DNA of 64,000 nucleotides from Synechococcus sp. (GTDB lineage: Bacteria; Cyanobacteriota; Cyanobacteriia; PCC-6307; Cyanobiaceae), in assembly GCA_047285535.1 (NCBI GenBank), contig JBJBDC010000001.1:1952136-2016135 (forward strand), read 5' to 3'. Shown in pieces: positions 29,702 to 41,300 of the stretch. Position numbers and translations under genes: made by a program. Below the pieces are notes generated by a model that did no database searches, was not told the DNA's origin, and saw only the letters and a list, made by a program, of their open reading frames with translations. Position 1 is the first letter of the stretch; the number at the start of each line of letters is the position of its first letter.

Positions 29702-29770
29702 CAGAAATCATGAGTGGACGTCGCTTCATGATGACCGCAATTCCTCGATGAGAACGAAAGCGAACCAGGA

Positions 29771-31138
29771 TCACTTGCCGATGCAGAAGCGTGAAAAGAT
29801 CCGATCCAAGATCGACTCCGTGAGTTGCTCTCCTGTGATCTCACCAAGGCTATGGATCGCCTGGCGCAAGTCGATCGTCCAAAAATCCCAGGGCAGGCCA
29901 TCAGCCGCCACCTGCTGACTGCGGGCCAGGGCCTCAGCCGCCGTAGCCGCCAGATCAGACTGACGCTGATTCAAGGCCAGAAGCAGGGGCTGTTCGCCCA
30001 AACCGCCACAACCCGCAAGCAGAGCCTGGACCAGATCCTGCTCGCCAGCGCCTGTGACTGCACTCAGGCGTACATCAGCAACTGCCTGAGGCCCGGAATC
30101 AAGATCTGCTTTGTTACCTACCCGTAGATAGGGCACCCCCTCGGGCATCAATGCCAGCAGGTCCTGATCCTCCTCAGTCCACCCCTGAGTCAAATCAAAC
30201 AACAGCACCACCAGATCGGCACTCGCCAACGCGTCGTGACTGCGGGCAATGCCCAACTGTTCCACTGCATCATCAGTGGACCTGATCCCTGCGGTATCCA
30301 ACAGGGTGATCGGAACCCCATCCAGGACGATCTCACTTTCAAGCAAATCCCTTGTCGTGCCTGGCAAGTCGGTCACAATCGAGCGCTGCTGGCGACTGAG
30401 CCTATTGAGCAAAGAGCTTTTTCCCACATTGGGGCGGCCCACCAGCGCAACCCTCAAGCCATGGCGTAGAACAGCCCCTCTCTCTCCATCGGCAACGAGC
30501 GCGAGCAGGTCTGAGCGCACGGACTGCAACTCCTGCAACAACGCCTCACCATCCAAAGGGGGTAGATCCTCCTCAAAGTCCACTCGGGCCTCCAGCTCAC
30601 TGAGCTGATTGAGTAATCGCTGCCGCAAGGCCATCATTTTTGTCTGGACCCCGCCATCGAGTCCGGCCATCGCCAACTGAGCGGCGCGCTCACTGCGTGC
30701 CGCCACCAGATCACTCATCGCCTCAGCACGGGTGAGATCAAGACGACCGTTCAGCACCGCACGCTGGCTGAATTCGCCAGGCAGGGCTCGTCGCACTCCT
30801 GGCTGCTCCAGAACTCGAGCCAGGACCCGCTGCACAGCAATCACCCCGCCGTGACAATGAATCTCCACGACATTTTCACCGGTGAAACTGCGTGGCGCCA
30901 ACATCAGGAGCACGAGCACTTCATCGAGTCGTTCCACTCCATCCGCAGCGACAACATGGCCATACAGAACCCGGTGGCTCTCCCAAGGTTGTTGTCCAGG
31001 AATCAGCGTGATCGCAGCAACAGCAGCTAACGCCTTGGGCCCCGACACACGAATGACAGCAATGCCACCCTGACCTGGTGCCACGGCACTTGCAATCGCC
31101 GCGATCGTCAGCGTCTGATCTGGCCCAATCCCAGACAT
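29771..31138 (-). CDS. mnmE: tRNA modification GTPase MnmE/TrmE
   Basis: TIAAIAS, HCHGG, GRPNVGKSS, DTAGIR, C-terminal FCIGK. Confidence 0.97.
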   Translation of the reverse strand: MSGIGPDQTLTIAAIASAVAPGQGGIAVIRVSGPKALAAVAAITLIPGQQPWESHRVLYGHVVAADGVERLDEVLVLLMLAPRSFTGENVVEIHCHGGVIAVQRVLARVLEQPGVRRALPGEFSQRAVLNGRLDLTRAEAMSDLVAARSERAAQLAMAGLDGGVQTKMMALRQRLLNQLSELEARVDFEEDLPPLDGEALLQELQSVRSDLLALVADGERGAVLRHGLRVALVGRPNVGKSSLLNRLSRQQRSIVTDLPGTTRDLLESEIVLDGVPITLLDTAGIRSTDDAVEQLGIARSHDALASADLVVLLFDLTQGWTEEDQDLLALMPEGVPYLRVGNKADLDSGPQAVADVRLSAVTGAGEQDLVQALLAGCGGLGEQPLLLALNQRQSDLAATAAEALARSQQVAADGLPWDFWTIDLRQAIHSLGEITGEQLTESILDRIFSRFCIGK

Positions 31139-31218
31139 TCCTCTAGCCCTGCGACCATCACACACTCCTTCCTACGATCCCAGAGCTTCCACTGCCGCAC
31201 TGGCGGCTAGAAGGTTCG

Positions 31219-31710
31219 ATGAAGCGATTGCGGACCAAATTGCAGCGCCGCTTTGGCCGATGGCTGCAGTGGCTCTGGCAACAGGAAGGAACCGCAGGCC
31301 AGAGAGCACGTGGACTTGCAGCAGGGGTCTTTTGCGGATGCTTTCCCTTCTTTGGATTTCAGACCTTGCTGGGGGTTGGCCTGGCGAGCCTTGTACGAGG
31401 CAACCATTTGATCGCCGCTGCTGGCACCTGGATCAGTAACCCCTTCACCTATGTACCGCTGTTTTGGTTCAACTACCGCTTAGGGGCTGTGCTGCTGGGC
31501 CAAGGCGCTGGCTGGCCAGGATTCAATAACATGAATCAGACAATGCTCGCCACGGCGGGATGGGATGTCATGAGCAGACTCCTGCTTGGCTCCACCCTGA
31601 CTGGAACAGCGTTGAGCCTCCTCGCCTGGTGGTTCACCCTGCGCTGGCTGCAACCCAAAAGGGACAGGGCCATGCCCCCGCTGCTTCATCAACAACAGAG
31701 GAAGAGATGA
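31219..31710 (+). CDS. DUF2062 membrane protein
   Basis: GLAAGVFCGCFPFFG, WISNPFT. Confidence 0.85.
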   Translation: MKRLRTKLQRRFGRWLQWLWQQEGTAGQRARGLAAGVFCGCFPFFGFQTLLGVGLASLVRGNHLIAAAGTWISNPFTYVPLFWFNYRLGAVLLGQGAGWPGFNNMNQTMLATAGWDVMSRLLLGSTLTGTALSLLAWWFTLRWLQPKRDRAMPPLLHQQQRKR

Positions 31711-32006
31711 TTGACTCCAACAAGAATCCTTGCCATTCCAAATAACAAGGTCTTAATGAAATCAATATCTCAAAACTTTCCCGCCAATCAGGTAACCACA
31801 GGGTCCTGACAGTCGAAAACCTGAACCAGAAAGCCAACACCTAAAACAATCAAAATCCACTGACATATTCAATCACCCATTGCATCACAATGACGCAGAA
31901 AGATTCAGCATGCCCTTCACCACTGATTCGAACGATGAACAGCGTCCACTCAAACTCATCACGACTGCATGGTCCTTAGCAGCATCCTCTTTTTCAACAT
32001 CATTAA

Positions 32007-33494
32007 TTATGGAAACGGGGTTTCTGTGGAATCCGTCATCACTGTTGCAAGCCATTCCCTAAAAGGCTCCCAGTCATCTTTCTGATCAATCGATTCCCAA
32101 AGAGTTTCAATCAAGGACCGAGTCGGAGTCTGCCTTAAATTCCACTGTGTCATGCGCTCAAGAACTGAAGGTCTTGACGCAGATTCAGCCGACTCAAGAG
32201 CATGCATCTGCATCCACCAGGCATCCCGCCAACGTTGCCATGTCTCCCTGGCTGGAGCCGGAGCGTCAGACAAAAAGACAGGCAAACTATCGGGTTCTTG
32301 CGGCAAACCACCGCCTTGGATCGTCGAAGCCAGACCATCAAAAAAATCTCCATAACTCACTGGCCAGGTCGCCATTAAATCCACTGTGGCTCCAACCAAA
32401 TTCTCATCACTCTCAACATCACAATTGGGGTTCAATCCCAACCGCCTCAAAAAGCAGAAACGATAATGATCTTGATAGATACTTTTGTAGCGTTCAAGTG
32501 ACTGCTCCATCGGCGATCTAGGCACCAACATGGCTAGCGGATTCTGAAGAAGGCGAAGATTCTTATGACAAATCGCCGGCTGACGGCCATAGGCATAGAG
32601 GCAGGTCTGATCGAAATAGGCTGCTGTGAAACTTGGATCCCAACGATCCAAAAAAGCAAATGGTCCGTAGTCAAAACTTTCACCAGCCAGCGACATGTTG
32701 TCGGTGTTGAGCACTCCATGCACAAAGCCGGCAGCCATCCACTCAGCTGCCAAGCGAGCCACTCGTTCCACAAGCTCCCCGTAGAACGCCAGCAGCTGAC
32801 ACTCCAACGCTGCACGGTCTCCATCAGGAGCAGGATGGGCTGCCGCCACTTCGGGGTAATACACGGCGATGACATGACGCAATAAACGCTCCAACCCTGG
32901 AGGATCCCGCAAATACAACAGTCTTTCGCACGTACCGAAACGCAGATGGGTCCGCGCCATCCGAACCATGACCGCACTCCTCGTCGGCGATGGCTCATCC
33001 CCACGCCATAGCTCCTCGCCGGTTTCGATCAACGACAGTGTGCGACTGGTGGTCACGCCAAGACGATGCAACGCCTCGGAGGCGATCAGCTCTCGTACGC
33101 CTCCCTTCAATGTGAGGCGTCCATCCCCACCACGACTCCAAGGAGTGGTGCCACTCCCCTTGGTGCCAAGGTCTTGAAGCTGGCCCATCCGATCTCGGAG
33201 CTGGCCATAAAGGAAGCCGCGGCCATCCCCGAGCTGGGGGTTATAGGTACCGAACTGATAGCCGTGATAGCGGAGAGCCAGCAGGGGGAAGCGGTGTTCA
33301 AAACGGCCATAGGCCATCTCCACATCGTGATCACTCACGCCGCCAGGATCTACCCCTAGCTGAATCAACACTGTGTCGTTGCGAAAGCGCAGTTGGGTAC
33401 GAGGAAAGGATGCCGGCTCAACCACATCCCAATAAGCATCCCCCAAACCCTCAAGCGAGGATTCAAAAGGCAAAGACAGAAGCGGATTGCTCAA
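32007..33494 (-). CDS. selO: Protein adenylyltransferase SelO/YdiU family
   Basis: YHGYQFG, QLGDGRG, KGSGTTPWSRGGDGR, GFVHGVLNTDN, DYGPF. Confidence 0.95.
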   Translation of the reverse strand: MSNPLLSLPFESSLEGLGDAYWDVVEPASFPRTQLRFRNDTVLIQLGVDPGGVSDHDVEMAYGRFEHRFPLLALRYHGYQFGTYNPQLGDGRGFLYGQLRDRMGQLQDLGTKGSGTTPWSRGGDGRLTLKGGVRELIASEALHRLGVTTSRTLSLIETGEELWRGDEPSPTRSAVMVRMARTHLRFGTCERLLYLRDPPGLERLLRHVIAVYYPEVAAAHPAPDGDRAALECQLLAFYGELVERVARLAAEWMAAGFVHGVLNTDNMSLAGESFDYGPFAFLDRWDPSFTAAYFDQTCLYAYGRQPAICHKNLRLLQNPLAMLVPRSPMEQSLERYKSIYQDHYRFCFLRRLGLNPNCDVESDENLVGATVDLMATWPVSYGDFFDGLASTIQGGGLPQEPDSLPVFLSDAPAPARETWQRWRDAWWMQMHALESAESASRPSVLERMTQWNLRQTPTRSLIETLWESIDQKDDWEPFREWLATVMTDSTETPFP

Positions 33495-35830
33495 CCCTGG
33501 CCGGTGCGTGCGATGTCGATGACATCGGCCATCGAACGGATCTGAGCCATGGTGCGCTGCAATTGTGCAGCACTCCCTAGTTCCACCATCAAATCGATCC
33601 GAGCAGGCTTGCCGTAAGACGTTTTCACTTGGGCATCACTGACGTTGATCGAGCCGTCAGATAAACGCATCAGGATGTCCTTCAAAATCCCAACACGATC
33701 AATCACTTCAATGCGCAAGTGGGCTGGATACCGAGGCCCCCCCCCCTCTTGCAGTGTGGGATTCCAACGCACTGGCAATCGACGTTCCATAGGAATCGAT
33801 TCCACATTGGGGCAGTCTTGGCGATGAATCGTGATGCCGTGATTGCCAAGGGCCACTGCGCCCAAAATTGGTTCTCCTGGCAGCGGACTGCAACATCCGC
33901 CGAGGCGGTGATCCAAACCCTCAATACCGAGAATCGGCTCCGCTCCTGCCGATGGAATCTCTCGATAGGTCGTCTGCTCAGACTGTTTGACGAGCTGCCT
34001 GGCGACATCTTCATTCGTGAGAGGCTCCTCCACAGCAGCCGTTTGCAGACGAATTTCCTCGCGCAAACGGTTGAGCACCTGCTGCAAGGTCAGAGCACCA
34101 AAACCAAGACCAGCGAGCAAGTCGTCGGTGGTTTGCAGATTGCAACGTTCGGCCACCCTGCTCATGGCTTCACTACCAAGCAAGGCATCAAAACCACTGC
34201 GCCCCAGTTCGCGTTCAAGCAGGGTCTTACCGCGATCGATCGTCTCATCACGATGGCTGCGTTTGTACCACTGACGGATCCGATTTCGTGCTGTTGGAGT
34301 GGCGACAAAATTGAGCCAATCCAAGCTTGGATGGGCATTTTTCGTGGTCAGAATATCTACAAAGTCACCATTTTGAAGCGGAGTTGACAAGGGTGAAAGC
34401 CGATCATTAATTCTCACTCCATGACAATGATTTCCCACTTCAGAATGAATTCGAAACGCGAAGTCAACGGCTGTTGAACCCTTACGAAGACCGACGACAT
34501 CTCCTTTCGGAGTAAAGACAAAGACTTCCTCGTCGAACAGGTCCTCCTTGATCGAGGCCAAGTAGTCGTTGTGATCATCAGCACCACCCTCCTGCTGCCA
34601 GTCCACGAGCTGACGCAACCAGTTAAAACGCTCCGTATCCCCACCAGCAGCAGGGGATCCCCCCTCCTTGTATTTCCAGTGAGCAGCAATGCCAAACTCC
34701 GCGACTTGATGCATGTCCAACGTGCGGATCTGCACCTCGATCGGACGATGACGGCCAATCACAGCGGTATGAAGTGATTGATAACCATTCGGCTTGGGAA
34801 GCCCGATGTAATCCTTAAAACGTCCAGGGATCGGCCTAAACGTGTCATGCACAACGGCCAGGGCGCGATAGCAGCCTTCTACATTCGGCGTGAGGATCCG
34901 CAGCGCGGCCACGTCATAAATCTCGTGAAACTCCTTCTGCTGGCGCTGCATCTTGGTCCAGATGCCATAGAGATGCTTCGGCCTGCCACTCACCTCACAG
35001 CTCTCGAGACCTGCGGCAGCCAAGCGATCACGAAGAAGCTGAACGGTCACCGAGAGACGTTCCTCCCGATCACTGCGCTTGGTGGATACCTCCTGCTGCA
35101 TCTCGCGGAAGGCATCAGGCTCCAGCAATTTGAATGAGAGATCTTCGAGTTCCCATTTGAAGCGGCCAATCCCAAGGCGATTCGCAAGCGGGGCATAGAT
35201 CTCCCGTGTTTCCCTGGCGATGCGCTGGCGTTTCTCCTCCTTGAGCGCCCCAAGCGTGCGCATGTTGTGCAAACGGTCCGCCAACTTCACCAAAACAACG
35301 CGGATATCGCTGGCCATCGCCAGGAACATCTTGCGCAGATTCTCAGCTTGAGCCTCCGTGCGATTGGTGAAGTGAAGACCTCCCAGCTTCGTGACCCCTT
35401 CAACCAGCTCACGAACCTCAGGTCCGAAGTGACTCTCCACCTGATGTGGTGTCACATCGGTGTCTTCAACCACATCGTGCAGGAAACCTGCGGCAATCAC
35501 GCTGGCGCTCGCCCCGATATCTCGAAGCAGATCTGCCACCGCAACCGGATGCACGATGTAGGGATCACCGCTGGCGCGAAACTGCCCTTCATGGAGTTGA
35601 AATGCAAAATCAAAGGCAGCCGCTAACAGTGCTTCAGGATCGGTCGGACAGCTGTGACCAATGCCTGGAGGAACGTGAAGCAAACACTCCCGCAACCAAT
35701 CGGGAAGAACGATGCCGTAATCATCAGGCGATCGAACCGGACGCTCACGCAATGCCGTTAAGGCACAGGCCCGAGAACTTGATCCAGGCTGAGTCTGAGT
35801 AGGATCCGGTGCAGAGGTTGCGATGAGCAT
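33491..35830 (-). CDS. spoT: Bifunctional (p)ppGpp synthetase/hydrolase (HD, SYN, TGS, ACT)
   Basis: FLHDVVEDT, KLADRLHNMRTL, KPNGYQSLHT, AAHWKYKE; start uncertain (ORF open to 35887). Confidence 0.96.
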   Translation of the reverse strand: MLIATSAPDPTQTQPGSSSRACALTALRERPVRSPDDYGIVLPDWLRECLLHVPPGIGHSCPTDPEALLAAAFDFAFQLHEGQFRASGDPYIVHPVAVADLLRDIGASASVIAAGFLHDVVEDTDVTPHQVESHFGPEVRELVEGVTKLGGLHFTNRTEAQAENLRKMFLAMASDIRVVLVKLADRLHNMRTLGALKEEKRQRIARETREIYAPLANRLGIGRFKWELEDLSFKLLEPDAFREMQQEVSTKRSDREERLSVTVQLLRDRLAAAGLESCEVSGRPKHLYGIWTKMQRQQKEFHEIYDVAALRILTPNVEGCYRALAVVHDTFRPIPGRFKDYIGLPKPNGYQSLHTAVIGRHRPIEVQIRTLDMHQVAEFGIAAHWKYKEGGSPAAGGDTERFNWLRQLVDWQQEGGADDHNDYLASIKEDLFDEEVFVFTPKGDVVGLRKGSTAVDFAFRIHSEVGNHCHGVRINDRLSPLSTPLQNGDFVDILTTKNAHPSLDWLNFVATPTARNRIRQWYKRSHRDETIDRGKTLLERELGRSGFDALLGSEAMSRVAERCNLQTTDDLLAGLGFGALTLQQVLNRLREEIRLQTAAVEEPLTNEDVARQLVKQSEQTTYREIPSAGAEPILGIEGLDHRLGGCCSPLPGEPILGAVALGNHGITIHRQDCPNVESIPMERRLPVRWNPTLQEGGGPRYPAHLRIEVIDRVGILKDILMRLSDGSINVSDAQVKTSYGKPARIDLMVELGSAAQLQRTMAQIRSMADVIDIARTGQG

Positions 35831-35885
35831 CCGACCCGGCAGGTGCATCCATGGTATGTAGGCATGAGGCACTGTGCTTTCTTTC

Positions 35886-37499
35886 ATGCCCGATGCGCCT
35901 GGAACGGTTCTGACACTTAACCAATTGCGTCTGCGTTATCCAGGAAGTGAGACCTGGACACTGGATGGTTTGAATCTCAGCCTGAGCTCAGGAGACCGCT
36001 TAGCACTCGTTGGACCCTCAGGATGCGGGAAAAGCACAGTTGCTAGGGCTGCCTTGCAACTGTTACCTCCAGGCAGCCAATGTGAGGGAGAACTGCGTTT
36101 AAACGGTCAAGACCCCCGACACCTGAGTCGTCGCGACCTGCGAGACCTGCGCGGAGAAGCGGTTGGCCTGGTCTTCCAAGACCCGATGACTCGACTCAAT
36201 CCACTCATGACCGTGGGCGGTCACTTAATCGATACTCTTGCCGCCCATCGTTCAGCCATGGGGAAACAAGAGCGACGGGAACGTGCTGAAACGCTGCTGG
36301 AACAAGTGGGGATTGGAGCAGAGCGCTTTCGTGCCTATCCCCACGAATTCAGTGGTGGAATGCGACAACGACTCGCCATCGCTCTTGCGATTGCTCTGGC
36401 CCCACCCCTTGTCATCGCCGATGAACCAACCACCAGCCTTGACGTTGCCGTTGCCGGACAAGTGATGGCGGTACTGCGCAATCTCTGTGAAGAGCTGGGA
36501 AGCGCCCTGCTGCTGATCACCCATGACCTGGCCATGGCCCACCGCTGGTGCGACGACATGGCGGTACTGGACGGTGGACGACTCGTCGAGGAAAACAGCA
36601 GTGATCAACTGCTGACCCATCCCCAATCAGAGATCGGGAAGCGGCTGGTGACTGCCGCCAGGGCCCGAGAGGGAGGGCAAACACCGATCACCCCTGAAAG
36701 CACAGCAGTGCTGCAAGTCTCAGGCTTGCGCTGTTGGCACAATCTTGGAGGACCACCCTGGTCACCCACGTGGCTGAAAGCGGTGGATGGCGTGAGCTTC
36801 ACCCTGGAATCAGGCGAAACATTGGGGGTGGTGGGTGGCTCTGGCTGCGGAAAAAGCACCCTCTGCCGGGCTTTGATGGGACTCACCCCGATCCGGGGTG
36901 GACAGGTTTGGCTCCAAAAACAAAACCTGCTCCAGTTAAAGGGCAGCGCTGAACGACGAGCCAGACGCAGCATGCAGATGGTGTTTCAAGACCCACTGGC
37001 CTGCCTGAATCCTGCCCTCACCATCGCTGACGCGATCGCTGATCCCCTGTTAATTCATGGCCTCGCCTCGCGAGCAGCAGCTCGAGAACGGGCACGAGAA
37101 CTGCTTGAACTTGTGGGACTCGTACCAGCAGAACTTTTTCAGAACCGACTGCCCAAGCAACTCTCTGGAGGCCAACAACAGCGGGTTGCGATTGCACGCG
37201 CTTTGGCTCTTGGCCCAAACGTGCTGATCTGCGATGAAAGTGTGAGCATGCTTGATGCAGAAATCCAAGCTGAAGTGCTTGCACTGCTGCGACGTCTTCA
37301 GAGGGATCTAGGCCTGGCAATGATCTTCGTAACCCATGACCTCTCGGTGGCGAGTGGCTTCTGCCACCGCGTGATCGTGCTTGATCATGGCCGCGTTGTG
37401 GAGGAAGGCCCTGGAGATCAATTACTACGCGAGCCCGAAGCAGCAATTACGAAAATACTAGTAGAAGCCTGTCCAAGGCTGCCATCCCATGGCCAATGA
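35886..37499 (+). CDS. Dipeptide/oligopeptide-type ABC transporter, tandem ATPase domains
   Basis: Two Walker A motifs (GPSGCGKS, GGSGCGKS), FSGGMRQR and LSGGQQQR signatures. Confidence 0.93.
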   Translation: MPDAPGTVLTLNQLRLRYPGSETWTLDGLNLSLSSGDRLALVGPSGCGKSTVARAALQLLPPGSQCEGELRLNGQDPRHLSRRDLRDLRGEAVGLVFQDPMTRLNPLMTVGGHLIDTLAAHRSAMGKQERRERAETLLEQVGIGAERFRAYPHEFSGGMRQRLAIALAIALAPPLVIADEPTTSLDVAVAGQVMAVLRNLCEELGSALLLITHDLAMAHRWCDDMAVLDGGRLVEENSSDQLLTHPQSEIGKRLVTAARAREGGQTPITPESTAVLQVSGLRCWHNLGGPPWSPTWLKAVDGVSFTLESGETLGVVGGSGCGKSTLCRALMGLTPIRGGQVWLQKQNLLQLKGSAERRARRSMQMVFQDPLACLNPALTIADAIADPLLIHGLASRAAARERARELLELVGLVPAELFQNRLPKQLSGGQQQRVAIARALALGPNVLICDESVSMLDAEIQAEVLALLRRLQRDLGLAMIFVTHDLSVASGFCHRVIVLDHGRVVEEGPGDQLLREPEAAITKILVEACPRLPSHGQ

Positions 37500-38191
37500 G
37501 CCAGAGTCAACCGCCTGTTAACGACGCCAAACGGGTCTTACGCATCAAGACCTTACTTCGAGATATCGACGTGATCGTATGCATCTATCCCTACGCGTTC
37601 GCGTTTCAGCAACTCGCGACAGTCATTGGGATCAGCAGTCATAAAAATCGACACTTTTTCTCATCCAGACAAGAGTCACTGCGCGTTCTCAAGCAGGCCG
37701 AAACTTCCTTCCTGATTTTGATTTCCGAGAAGTTGAAAGATGGATCCGGCCTTGATCTGCTCCGAGAGATCAAGCGAGTGAATCCATGTCATCTCTGCAT
37801 TGTGGTGCTCAACCAAAACAGCTTGAGCGCTCAACGATTGGCACGCAAACTTCATGCGGATGCCTGCATTAATGAGCAAAGCATGCAAGAAAGCAGGGGA
37901 GTTTTAATCGAAGCACTTGAGGCAGTGCAAAGAGGGAAAAAATATATCGATCCAACACTTCCAGGCCTCAATCCGTCCTTACACCCAGTGGATGAACTGC
38001 CGCTCTCGGAGCGACAGCTTGAGATTTTGAGGCTGGTGGCTGATGGCTTCTGCAACCGTGAAATCGCCGCCCAACTCAACATCACCACGAACACTGTTCG
38101 CGATCACTTCAGCGAAGTGATGAGACGCCTTGAGGTCTCCAACCGCGCCAGCGCCGTATCCACTGCATTCCAACTGGGTTTGTTGCCCTAG
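37496..38191 (+). CDS. LuxR-family regulator with degenerate receiver domain
   Basis: C-terminal LSERQLEILRLVADG..NREIA.QL.I...TV..H HTH; ATGA overlap with ABC gene. Confidence 0.88.
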   Translation: MSQSQPPVNDAKRVLRIKTLLRDIDVIVCIYPYAFAFQQLATVIGISSHKNRHFFSSRQESLRVLKQAETSFLILISEKLKDGSGLDLLREIKRVNPCHLCIVVLNQNSLSAQRLARKLHADACINEQSMQESRGVLIEALEAVQRGKKYIDPTLPGLNPSLHPVDELPLSERQLEILRLVADGFCNREIAAQLNITTNTVRDHFSEVMRRLEVSNRASAVSTAFQLGLLP

Positions 38192-38336
38192 GTCCATTGA
38201 TTCCCAAGACAACCATCCATTTGGAGGATGTTCATAGGCGTCGAATGGAGCGGGAATGGAGCAACAGCGCGATCCATCTCTGCGTTATTCACCCTCAGAC
38301 ACAGGTTCTGCTTTTGGAGTCAGACCTCAGTCATAA

Positions 38337-41300
38337 GTGAGAGCTGAGATGACATCGTCCCCCCCGATACCTAGGGCCATGACAACAACTCACTCCTTGC
38401 AAATCTCCATCTCAGGGAATATTTGGTGGGATGGCTTCACGGCTGAAGTAACCCTCAAGAACAATTCCTCCCAAGATCTTGACAGCTGGAGCTACAGCTT
38501 TGACAGTCCGCATCTGATTAATACCACTCCTTGGGGTGCAGAAATCACCTCTGTTGTTCTTCCAGAAGGTCTCACGAGATACACACTGACCGGAAAAGAC
38601 TGGGGAGCAAGTATTCCAGCTGGGAAATCGATCACCGTTGGCTTTAACGGAACACAGGGAATCAGCCTTGGGACCGAAGGACAACTGACAGCTCAAGACC
38701 TGATGAAGCCAAGCGCATCATTCAGTGAACAATCTGATGCCAATGAGCAGGATCGTCCTGAAGTCTTCAGTGAAGCATTCAATACAGAGACTGACAGTGT
38801 TGAAGGGTCATCCGACGGGATGCCATCAGAAGTGATGCCATCAACGGAGATGTCATCCCACCAGAGCATGGATCAGGATATGCATGCACACGACATGCAT
38901 TCCAACGCAGACTCTGGCGACTATATCGACATCACCAGTTGGGGCACATTCCATGGCTCTAATCACAACTCTGAGCACAATGAATTAGTGGGTGGTCGCA
39001 CAGCGATCACTACAGAAGCCTTGGTGGCGTACAACGGCCTCAGAAACTTTGCCGGCCTGGAAGCAGTTGAGCTTGAAACTGTTGGCAAGTGGGCGTTTGC
39101 AAACCAATTAACGAATAACTCCCAGGGATGGGGGAATGACGAGACAGGAGTAGGGCTTTGGTATGCGATGCAAGGAGCCAAGGTGGCCTGGATCGCCGAT
39201 GCGTTATACAAACCACAGATTTTGGCTGACATTCAACGCACCGCTCGTTTGGGATCAGAAGCAGATGTCATGGCGATGGTAAGAGAATTCGGCCATGAAG
39301 GATTTGCCGATTACCTTGAAACTTCTGGGGTGCAAACTGCATTTATCAACACATTAAAAATGGAGCCCCATTATGGCGGCTGGATGCATGGAAGAACCCA
39401 TGGCTTTCTTAACATTGAAAATGTCGCTATTGCCCATGATATCAATCATTTAACAGTTCTAAGCTGGGACCAGGAACAGCCCTTCATGAATGACACCTTC
39501 GACTGGCCACAATGGCCTGCATTAGATGTAACCAATGCGACGGTGATTAACTATTACCAAGGGATTGTTGCACTCGGAGATCCTCTGAGTCAAAACCTTG
39601 AGGCTCTACCAAGCAGCAAGGGGGCGACAGCCAATACGAAGGTCATAGAGGAGAACTCCCAGGAGGGATCATCGCCAATAGCGGAGGGTTTGGTGATGGA
39701 GAACCCCATGGACATGTCATCAGAAATGATGTCATCCGATGAGGGCGTGGATCAGGGAATGCATGCACACGAAATGCATTCCGGCGCAGCCAATATCGCA
39801 CCATTAACTGAACAATCTGCAACTGATCAGCAAGCCCAGATTGAGGTGCTCAACGAAGCATCAAATGAAGAACTCAACAGCATGAACATGCCATCAGAAG
39901 TGATGCCATCAACGGAGATGTCATCCCACCAGAGCATGGATCACGACATGCATTCCAACGCAGACTCTGGCGACTATATCGACATCACCAGTTGGGGCAC
40001 ATTCCATGGCTCTAATCACAACTCTGAGCACAATGAATTAGTGGGTGGTCGCACAGCGATCACTACAGAAGCCTTGGTGGCGTACAACGGCCTCAGAAAC
40101 TTTGCCGGCCTGGAAGCAGTTGAGCTTGAAACTGTTGGCAAGTGGGCGTTTGCAAACCAATTAACGAATAACTCCCAGGGATGGGGGAATGACGAGACAG
40201 GAGTAGGGCTTTGGTATGCGATGCAAGGAGCCAAGGTGGCCTGGATCGCCGATGCGTTATACAAACCACAGATTTTGGCTGACATTCAACGCACCGCTCG
40301 TTTGGGATCAGAAGCAGATGTCATGGCGATGGTAAGAGAATTCGGCCATGAAGGATTTGCCGATTACCTTGAAACTTCTGGGGTGCAAACTGCATTTATC
40401 AACACATTAAAAATGGAGCCCCATTATGGCGGCTGGATGCATGGAAGAACCCATGGCTTTCTTAACATTGAAAATGTCGCTATTGCCCATGATATCAATC
40501 ATTTAACAGTTCTAAGCTGGGACCAGGAACAGCCCTTCATGAATGACACCTTCGACTGGCCACAATGGCCTGCATTAGATGTAACCAATGCGACGGTGAT
40601 TAACTATTACCAAGGGATTGTTGCACTCGGAGATCCTCTGAGTCAAAACCTTGAGGGCTTATCAAATAGTGGAGCCGTGACACCCGATCCGCTGGGATTC
40701 CAAGACCCCTTCATGCCGGATCCAGCTCCTCAGGAGTCAGCCCCAGACGAAGTCCAGGCGCCATACCCAGAATTGCTGGAGGCTGTTGTTGGCAATGGCA
40801 ATGAGCCGGCGCCCGAAGCGTCCCAGCCCAACCAAGCCGCAACCACTGCAATCCCACCTGAGAACTCGCCTGAAATCAATGGTGGACTTGAAGTTGAGGT
40901 CAGCGGAAGTATCTGGTGGGAAGGGTTCACCGCTGAGCTGGCTGTGAAAAATACGGGCTCAGCAGACCTAGAGCATTGGAGCTTTAGTTTTGATAGCCCC
41001 CATGGCATTCAAGGGCAGCCTTGGGGAGCGGAAGTCACCTCCGTTGAGCTGGCCAACGGCCTGGTTCGACATACCATTTCCGGAGCGGAATGGGGCAGCT
41101 CGATTCGCGCCGGCGAGACAATCAAAGTTGGATTTAACGGCATTCAAGGCCATTCAATCGGCACCAGTGGAGATCTAACTGAGGGGTTGCTTTTTCACTC
41201 AGCCGTTGTGGACGGTTCGTCTGGCTCAGATCAGCAGGATGTGCCCAATGCACCTGCGATTCCAGAGCCGCAGGAAACGATCAGCGCGAATTCCGCCTCC

